48,707 nucleotides of DNA, from NCBI GenBank assembly GCA_030154045.1, contig JASKKU010000003.1, positions 1-48,707 on the forward strand, read 5' to 3'. The DNA is from Candidatus Woesearchaeota archaeon. Lineage in GTDB: Archaea > Nanobdellota > Nanobdellia > Woesearchaeales > JASKKU01. Positions within the stretch are counted from its first letter, which is position 1. Every line of letters starts with the position of its first letter. A program made the position numbers and the translations under genes. Positions 42,235 through 48,707 of this stretch are shown one piece after another. Under the pieces are notes generated by a model, which saw only the letters and a list, made by a program, of their open reading frames with translations, searched no databases and was not told where the DNA came from.

Positions 42235-42369
42235 GCGTTTACTTGGTCGCAAGGTCTAGAAACTCGCATCACAAAGTACACTCTCTTAGAGAGGCTTCCC
42301 TCACACTTAAACATGATTTAAGTGCTCATTCAAAAAGAATATTGGAGGCGATGTAAAAACATCGGTTCG

Positions 42370-42420
42370 TGTTTGAATATATAACCGTATTTTGTGGGAT
42401 ATATGATTGATTTATAAACC
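42370..42420 (-). promoter_or_regulatory. Candidate rRNA operon promoter region (two TATA-like boxes)
   Basis: The minus strand reads GGTTTATAAATC (42409-42420) and GGTTATATATTC (about 42373-42384), 65-115 nt upstream of the 16S processing stem. No transcription data are available. Confidence 0.3.
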
Positions 42421-42430
42421 TTTTGAAATT

Positions 42431-42535
42431 TTATTGTCTTAACTTCTTCTTTCTCTTAATTCTTCGCATTCTCTTCTTTTGCCACTTCCATCTCATCTGT
42501 CTTCTCTTTTTCCATCTTCGTGAACTTCTTTTCAT
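42431..42535 (-). CDS. rpl41e: Ribosomal protein eL41 (34 aa; alternative 21-aa form from ATG at 42496)
   Basis: Not in the ORF track. Minus-strand translation is MKRSSRRWKKRRQMRWKWQKKRMRRIKRKKKLRQ. The segment MRWKWQKKRMRRIKRKKK matches the eL41 consensus (MRAKWRKKRMRRLKRKRRK). Confidence 0.65.
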   Translation of the reverse strand: MKRSSRRWKKRRQMRWKWQKKRMRRIKRKKKLRQ

Positions 42536-42643
42536 GAAATCACCACAATTAACAAAAGTTAGGGAATTTGAACTCTTTTTAAAGTTTTTGGTTAAGCAGT
42601 ATGTTTTTTAGAAGTGTTTGTATTTTAAAATAAAAATTTAAAA

Positions 42644-43807
42644 TTAGAACCAAAAAACAGGGAGATATGCCAAAACTTTATCCAGCACTAAAAACTGAAA
42701 TATAAAAGCTAAAAAGAATGCAGGAACAAAAGGAATTCCTTCTTTAATTTTTATAACATAATCTTCTCCAAAATGCTCTCTCAGAAGCTCAATCTGTTTC
42801 GGGAGCAAACCCAAAGAATTGGGCGCACATATAATTATTTCATTCGAATCAATTAAAAACCCTTCTTGCTTAATGAATTCTTTAATCGAATTTGGCAAGC
42901 TCTTCTTTTTATGAGTAATTTCAAGCAAGCTTTCATCGCTAGTTTTCATCTTTTTAAGCAACTTCTTCTTTAATTTTTGTTTAAGATATTCTTTTAAATT
43001 TGTCCTAGGATGAAGCATCCTAAAGAACAGCTGATAAACAAAAGAGATGTTCTCAAAATTATTGTGTTTAACTAGAAGTTCATAATCAAAGAAACTCAAA
43101 CCAGGATTATTTATAACCACTTTCTCAACAACCCAATCTCCAGGAGTCAGTTCTTTAACAGATTTTGAAGTAACAAAACCAAAGTGTTCTATAATCCTAA
43201 GAAAATTCATAAGATTACGAAGGAGAAGCAATAATAAGGACAGTGCTAAGAAAAGCAAAAAGAAAGTCAAATCCTTTATCATAACCGAAACAGAGAGAAT
43301 CAAAATTATAAAAACTAATGCCAAAAACATTTCCGTTAAATAAAGTACTTTGTTCTTTTTCGTTGATGAACCTTTAATTTTTTTATTTAAATAGTCTTTA
43401 TTCCTAAAATAGATTATCAAAATCAAAACTAAAGCATAGACCCATGCAGTTAATATTAATGAGAATATGAAACCAAGTAAGAAAAAAATCTGTTCTTTTA
43501 AACTAAAGGTTAAATTAACTCCCAACAAAGAACCTAAACCCATTAAAAGTTTAGCATCACCTCCTCCCCATTGACCCAAATAAAATAATAATAATGACAA
43601 TCCAAAGGCAATTCCAAAACCAAGTAAAGAAGAGATTATGTAAAAAGAAGTATGCTCATAAATGGAGAAAAACAGATTCAATAGAAAACCAAAACTTATG
43701 AAAGAGAAGCTCAGCCAATCCCATACTTCCCTGGATTTAAAATCCTTATAAGATGCAAACATTAAGAAAAACAAACCAAACACAAATTTGAGCCAAAAGA
43801 TGTTCAT
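42644..43807 (-). CDS. A24-family prepilin/preflagellin peptidase (FlaK/PibD/EppA-like) with a large inserted soluble domain
   Basis: 387 aa. The first catalytic Asp context is FASYKDFKSREVWD, and the second is QWGGGDAKLLMGLG (GxGD type). A soluble insert of about 170 aa precedes the final TM (GIPFVPAFFLAF). Confidence 0.75.
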   Translation of the reverse strand: MNIFWLKFVFGLFFLMFASYKDFKSREVWDWLSFSFISFGFLLNLFFSIYEHTSFYIISSLLGFGIAFGLSLLLFYLGQWGGGDAKLLMGLGSLLGVNLTFSLKEQIFFLLGFIFSLILTAWVYALVLILIIYFRNKDYLNKKIKGSSTKKNKVLYLTEMFLALVFIILILSVSVMIKDLTFFLLFLALSLLLLLLRNLMNFLRIIEHFGFVTSKSVKELTPGDWVVEKVVINNPGLSFFDYELLVKHNNFENISFVYQLFFRMLHPRTNLKEYLKQKLKKKLLKKMKTSDESLLEITHKKKSLPNSIKEFIKQEGFLIDSNEIIICAPNSLGLLPKQIELLREHFGEDYVIKIKEGIPFVPAFFLAFIFQFLVLDKVLAYLPVFWF

Positions 43808-43960
43808 AACAAGAATTCACTTAGATATATTTTTTAAGTTTTGCTTTTTTACGAAAAATCACTTAAAGATGATTCAAAGAAAACAATGGATTTTAAGCAA
43901 GAACATATTAAAAAACAGGTTAATAACAGGTTAATCACAAATTAAGAATAAATTAGGAAT

Positions 43961-44236
43961 TTAGCTAAGTTTCCCAACCTGTTTTTTGAAATCAGAAAGC
44001 TTCTTCTTGGCACTCTGAATTGCTGACTTAATAGCATCCCTTGGGTTTACTTTGCCATTAGTTTTGACTATAACTTTTGGAATCTTTACTAAAGGATGCG
44101 TTACATTATAACTCGCTGCCAGAACACCATCAACAGCATACAACTCATCTTTCAACAGGTTTAAAACTGTATGATCTGCACCCTCAAGAGTAAAAATAAT
44201 TTCATCCTTTGATTCAGAGATAATGTTTATGTTCAT
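43961..44236 (-). CDS. rpoL: DNA-directed RNA polymerase subunit Rpo11 (L)
   Basis: 91 aa. FTLEGADHTVLNLLKDEL and THPLVKIPKVIVKT match the RpoL/Rpb11 signature. AGGTGA SD lies upstream. Confidence 0.8.
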   Translation of the reverse strand: MNINIISESKDEIIFTLEGADHTVLNLLKDELYAVDGVLAASYNVTHPLVKIPKVIVKTNGKVNPRDAIKSAIQSAKKKLSDFKKQVGKLS

Positions 44237-44332
44237 ACAATCACCTTTTCAACAGGGTTTAAAAGTTATTTATAAGCTTTTGTTTTTTTAAATCAAAAGT
44301 GAATTAATTTAACTAAAAATAAAATTAAAAAT

Positions 44333-44584
44333 TTACAACTTTGACAACATTGAAACCAAGCTCCAGATTTGAGTCCTAGTAAACATCTGGATGTTTGGGT
44401 CTTCGCTGACCTCATCCAAGATTGAAACTGCTTTGTCAACCCTTAAAGAAAGTTCTTTGCTTTCGTCTCTTAAAATCTCTTCAATGACCATAAGGTTTTT
44501 CTTTACATTTCTTGGTACTGAAAAATCTTCAGACAACTCCTTAATCAAGGAAATAACCTCTTCAAGCTCCTCGTTTTTTGCCAT
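44333..44584 (-). CDS. UPF0147-family small archaeal protein
   Basis: 83 aa from ATG at 44584, after GGTGAG. DFSVPRNVKKN...ILDEVSEDPNIQMFTRTQIW resembles UPF0147 proteins. Confidence 0.65.
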   Translation of the reverse strand: MAKNEELEEVISLIKELSEDFSVPRNVKKNLMVIEEILRDESKELSLRVDKAVSILDEVSEDPNIQMFTRTQIWSLVSMLSKL

Positions 44585-44909
44585 TTTGCTCACCCTTATT
44601 TTTATTGATTTGTGACAAGAATTCTTTTTGCAAAGCCTGCAATCTTTGAGTTAAGGACTCTTCTTGCTTTTCAATAGATTTAAGTCTTAGGTTTAAACTA
44701 TCTAAATCCTTAGTTAATTGCTCTCGCAAGGATTTTGGTTCAACCTTAATCAAGATATTGCCAAGCAAACGATAAGAATCTTCAGAATGCTCTAATTCTT
44801 TTAATGCTAAAGAAAGCTCGTTTATTTGAGAATTAATCGTTTGTTTCTGAAGGAGAAGGTTTTGTAGAGTTTGTTCCACTACTGAGATCATCTGTTGTGT
44901 TTGATTCAT
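44562..44909 (-). CDS. pfdB: Prefoldin beta subunit
   Basis: 115 aa. It shows a two-helix coiled-coil pattern with a central beta-hairpin region (YRLLGNILIKV). Confidence 0.8.
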   Translation of the reverse strand: MNQTQQMISVVEQTLQNLLLQKQTINSQINELSLALKELEHSEDSYRLLGNILIKVEPKSLREQLTKDLDSLNLRLKSIEKQEESLTQRLQALQKEFLSQINKNKGEQNGKKRGA

Positions 44910-45153
44910 TTTTCAACATCTCCTTCGTACCTTCATAAATTGTAAGGACTTTCAAAAAGCTGTTCATCACAGCTTTCAAAGCAGTGATATCCTGCGCATG
45001 AAAATTTATAGCAAGTGTGTTTTTTTCCTTTAAAACTTCAAAACCTGCTCGATTGTTAAAACCTGAATCAACTTCAGGCTTAAAAATCTTGTAAAGGTTG
45101 TCTATATCTTCTGGACTCAACGAACAAAAAAGTTTTCCGGAGTATTTGCTCAT
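44833..45153 (-). CDS. pcc1: KEOPS subunit Pcc1-like protein
   Basis: 106 aa. ITALKAVMNSFLKVLTI resembles the Pcc1 C-terminal helix. The conserved archaeal context is eL43 - Rpo12 - Pcc1 - prefoldin beta. A low-complexity tail of about 26 aa overlaps the pfdB start. Confidence 0.55.
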   Translation of the reverse strand: MSKYSGKLFCSLSPEDIDNLYKIFKPEVDSGFNNRAGFEVLKEKNTLAINFHAQDITALKAVMNSFLKVLTIYEGTKEMLKNESNTTDDLSSGTNSTKPSPSETND

Positions 45154-45287
45154 CTTGCTTTTACTCTTGGAATGATTTGAACACTTTTATATAATATCTT
45201 TGAACCACAGTAAGGGCATCTTACCCTTTTTCTAACAAGTTCGTAAGGAACAATTTTACCACAAATGAAACATTTGTATTCAACCAT
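45150..45287 (-). CDS. rpoP: DNA-directed RNA polymerase subunit Rpo12 (P)
   Basis: Not in the ORF track. 45 aa: MVEYKCFICGKIVPYELVRKRVRCPYCGSKILYKSVQIIPRVKAR. A CxxC...CxxC zinc ribbon carries the RCPYCGSKIL signature. Its stop overlaps the pcc1 ATG (ATGA). Confidence 0.8.
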   Translation of the reverse strand: MVEYKCFICGKIVPYELVRKRVRCPYCGSKILYKSVQIIPRVKAR

Positions 45288-45324
45288 TTTTTCACCTTAG
45301 CAAAGGTTATTTGCTTTTTTGAAT

Positions 45325-45546
45325 TTATTTTTTGTTAAGTGTATAAGCCTTGCCTGTAAATTTCTTACCGCATTTATTACAATACCAGATTCCCACGCTG
45401 AGCTTTTTAACTGTAGATTCCCCACCGCAGTAAGGACAATCATATCTAGCTCTACTTAAAGATTCAATCTTAAGCAGTTTCTTTCTGACAGTAAGACCAT
45501 ACCTTGCTGAGAACCTTTTTGTTGTGTCTCCTTTGATCAATTTCAT
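45325..45546 (-). CDS. rpl37ae: Ribosomal protein eL43 (L37Ae)
   Basis: 73 aa from ATG at 45546. TKRFSARYG...YDCPYCGG...GIWYCNKCGKKFTGKAY is the zinc-ribbon signature. The longer track ORF runs into tRNA-Pro. Confidence 0.9.
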   Translation of the reverse strand: MKLIKGDTTKRFSARYGLTVRKKLLKIESLSRARYDCPYCGGESTVKKLSVGIWYCNKCGKKFTGKAYTLNKK

Positions 45547-45563
45547 GATTATACACCAAAAGA

Positions 45564-45638
45564 TGGGGCTGCCCGGATTTGAACCGGGGTCGTCTGGTCC
45601 CAAGCCAGAAAGGCTAGACCAAGCTACCCCACAGCCCC
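45564..45638 (-). tRNA. tRNA-Pro (anticodon TGG)
   Basis: The reverse complement has acceptor GGGGCTG/CAGCCCC, anticodon stem TCTGG/CCAGA with loop CTTGGGA, and T-arm CCCGG-TTCAAAT-CCGGG. Confidence 0.9.
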
Positions 45639-45833
45639 TTTAAAAATCAGTGAAACTAGTTTGTTTTATAAAACTTTTTGTTTTAGATTTTAACCAAAGC
45701 AGGAAACAAAACAAGACATAATTAAAATTTGAGAATCATATAAAATTTATTTAAAAAATAAAGCAGATTTAAAGAAAGATACTAATTCAAAAGAAGTATA
45801 AAAATCAAAAACAATTAAAAAATAAAAGCAAAT

Positions 45834-47096
45834 TTACAACTCATCATAAGTCAAGATTCTTATTGGTGTTGAAGAGTTACTTACTTTAGTTTCATTGCCA
45901 ACCAAGTACTTAACCTTTGCTTTTTCACAGGCATTTACAAGCTTCTTGTCAATCATATCGTCAACAACAATTGCATATACGTCCATATTTAAGTCGTGGA
46001 TTATTGACTGCAGTTCACTGATTGGTATCTTTGCTAAAATTTCAAGTTTATCATTCAACAAGCAAGCACCTTTTGTACCAACAAGTTCATCAGATATCTC
46101 TTTAAACTTTGCCAACTCTTCTTTTGAAACATTGTTTAAGGTTGGTTTTGCTTGTCTTTTCTTATTTTGATTATTCGCATTTGCACTGTTTCTCTGCGCA
46201 TTCTGAGAGTTTGATTTTTGTTGCTTCGTATTTTCAGAACTAGCATTTTCTGAAGTTACATTTATGTTATGGTCTAACATGTATTGCTCTGCTGTAATCT
46301 TACCTCTCAAAGCTTTATGTATCTCTTTCTTTGTTAGTTCTTCCACCTCTAATCCTTCAGGTGCTTTAACTACAAAATCAATGTCTGCTACTGAAAGCAA
46401 TTCCTTAAGATTCAAATCGCCGCCTCTGTCACCATCCACAAAAGCAGTGATAGTTTTTCTCTTAGATAAATCTATAATTGTCTGAGGCACTGAAGAACCG
46501 TTCATTGCAATTACATTCTTAAATCCGTGCTTAACTAGATTAACTACATCAGCTCTGCCCTCTACAACAATAATCTCGTCAGCGTCATCGATATTTGGAC
46601 CTGCAGGCAGTCTATCTTTTCCGTATTCCTTAACTTCCATGATTCTAACTGCAGAAGCCACCTCGTCAGCAATTTCCTGGCTGTCTGGCAACATCTTGTC
46701 CATAAGCTCCTTAAGCAAAGACTTTGCTCTCTCGACAACATACTTCCTCTTTGATATTCTTACATCTTCAATCTCTCTAACTTTTATATTAGCATTACAA
46801 GGACCAATCCTTTGAATAATTTCTAAAGCAGCACCAATAATACAGGTTTCAGCTTTATCTAACGAAGAAGGGATTGTTATTGTACCGCTTGTTTTTCCAT
46901 TCTTTGTTGTTAAATCAACTTCAATCCTTCCAATTCTACCACTTCTTTGAAGTTCTCTTAGCTCTAAATCTGCACCCAATAAACCTTCAGTCTGACCAAA
47001 AACTGCGCCAATTACATCAGGTTTATCAACGATTCCATCAACATTGATGTCTGCATGTATGATATATTTTGCTGATGCTATACTAATTTTACCCAT
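45834..47096 (-). CDS. dnaG: Archaeal DnaG (Toprim-domain primase / exosome-associated protein)
   Basis: MGKISIASAKYIIHADINVDGIVDKPDVIGAVFGQTEGLLG N-terminus is typical of archaeal DnaG. Toprim motifs are VVEGRADV and VDGDRGG. ATG at 47096 follows GAGGTGA. An N/Q/S-rich low-complexity insert is present. Confidence 0.9.
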   Translation of the reverse strand: MGKISIASAKYIIHADINVDGIVDKPDVIGAVFGQTEGLLGADLELRELQRSGRIGRIEVDLTTKNGKTSGTITIPSSLDKAETCIIGAALEIIQRIGPCNANIKVREIEDVRISKRKYVVERAKSLLKELMDKMLPDSQEIADEVASAVRIMEVKEYGKDRLPAGPNIDDADEIIVVEGRADVVNLVKHGFKNVIAMNGSSVPQTIIDLSKRKTITAFVDGDRGGDLNLKELLSVADIDFVVKAPEGLEVEELTKKEIHKALRGKITAEQYMLDHNINVTSENASSENTKQQKSNSQNAQRNSANANNQNKKRQAKPTLNNVSKEELAKFKEISDELVGTKGACLLNDKLEILAKIPISELQSIIHDLNMDVYAIVVDDMIDKKLVNACEKAKVKYLVGNETKVSNSSTPIRILTYDEL

Positions 47097-47160
47097 GTTT
47101 TTCACCTCTGATTTATTAAAAATTTTAATCATAGCCTCAAAACCTTTAAACTGTCTTAAA

Positions 47161-47465
47161 GGCAGAGTTTACTCTTACAGCATCCCTTATCATAAACTCC
47201 GGTAGAACAAGTCCTAATAACTTTTAAACTGAAATTCTGGTGAATTGTGAAAAAGTGAACATGATGACTTGTCCTCCCGTGATAAAAGTGATAAGGGATG
47301 CATGAGACCCATCACACTAACTCCCGGGTTCATAGCTCGAGTATTCTTAAGCTCCCTCGAGTAACCCTCGTGGTGGGTCTGTTTTGTACGGGGATGGCTC
47401 ATACTCATACAGGCAGAGAAGCCCTCATATGAGGACCCATCCGTACAAGGTAAACGGCTTGTAAA
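47161..47465 (+). ncRNA. GC-rich structured RNA of about 300 nt; best guess RNase P RNA (class and strand uncertain)
   Basis: It is the only non-tRNA/rRNA GC-rich island in the window. Three nested or sequential helices are visible: 47181-47192 pairs with 47289-47300 (12 bp); 47306-47316 pairs with 47369-47379; 47386-47397 pairs with 47437-47447. On the + strand, ACAAGUCC (about 47208-47215) can pair with GGCUUGU (about 47456-47462), like RNase P CR-I/CR-V (P4). GUGAAAAAGUG resembles the GGGUGAAAGGGUG element. Confidence 0.45.
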
Positions 47466-47569
47466 AAGGATAAACTATGAAAGTTTATAAATCTATTTAT
47501 TAAAACTCAAAATGAAACTATTTATAAAAATAAGCTAAATCTCTTATCCCATCATAACTCTAATAATAG

Positions 47570-48707
<1,138 letters not shown>

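Noticed and set aside
42423-42611. 62-aa plus-strand ORF (MKFYCLNFFFLLILRILFF...)
   Set aside because: It is the antisense shadow of the purine-rich eL41 gene plus a CT-rich spacer. The composition is a low-complexity F/L run, and it sits in the promoter-proximal region of the rRNA operon.
45547-45603. N-terminal extension of the eL43 ORF (MGPDDPGSNPGSPIFWCII...)
   Set aside because: The extension is the translation of tRNA-Pro (45564-45638). eL43 homology begins at the internal Met (45546).
47214-47408. 64-aa minus-strand ORF (MSMSHPRTKQTHHEGYSRE...)
   Set aside because: It falls entirely within the GC-rich helical RNA region. The extensive self-complementarity fits a structural RNA better than a protein.
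47300-47450. Possible 5S rRNA (segments CCCGGGUUCAUAGC and UCUUAAGC loosely recall 5S helix II/III and loop C)
   Set aside because: The helices close domains of 74 and 62 nt rather than a 120-nt three-way junction. No CCGAAC...GGAAGUUAAGC core is present, and there is no helix I pairing of the ends.
47161-47465. SRP (7S) RNA as the identity of the GC-rich RNA
   Set aside because: Neither strand shows the helix-8 signature (GNAR tetraloop followed by GGAGCA, or AGCA loops). The 5' and 3' halves do not pair into a long helix 5. It is kept only as a lower-probability alternative.

Overview
AT-rich, very gene-dense archaeal chromosome fragment. Many genes overlap by 1-4 nt at start/stop, and GGTGA/GGAGG Shine-Dalgarno motifs match the 16S 3' end seen in this window. 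Archaeal information-processing genes dominate: uL1-uL10(P0)-P1 operon, eL43, eL41, Rpo11, Rpo12, archaeal DnaG, NAC, Sec61beta, SecF/SecD, prefoldin beta, Pth2, PAC2, and KEOPS Bud32 and Pcc1. There is one 16S-tRNA(Ala)-23S operon on the minus strand with no linked 5S, four tRNAs in total, and one roughly 300-nt GC-rich structured RNA that is probably RNase P RNA. The small-genome style, the many bitopic cysteine-containing surface proteins, and a bacterial-type Tgt suggest a DPANN-type archaeon (Woese-/Pacearchaeota-like). That assignment is inference only. No CRISPR array, transposase, integrase or prophage-like block was seen. The regions most worth follow-up are listed below. (a) A translationally coupled module at 23.1-27.7 kb: two paralogous helical proteins, a MinD/ParA ATPase, a 4-TM protein and a HerA/FtsK-type ATPase, without NurA/Mre11/Rad50. 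(b) A coiled-coil protein plus minimal AAA ATPase pair at 12.9-14.8 kb. (c) Two class-III-signal pilin-like genes next to a surface transglutaminase-like protein at 32.8-35.8 kb, with the matching prepilin peptidase at 42.6-43.8 kb. (d) The unclassified GC-rich RNA at 47.16-47.47 kb. (e) Short conserved ORFs missed by the ORF track: eL41, Rpo12, and a 41-aa SD-preceded ORF. All functional calls rest on motifs read by eye from the translations. No database search was run.
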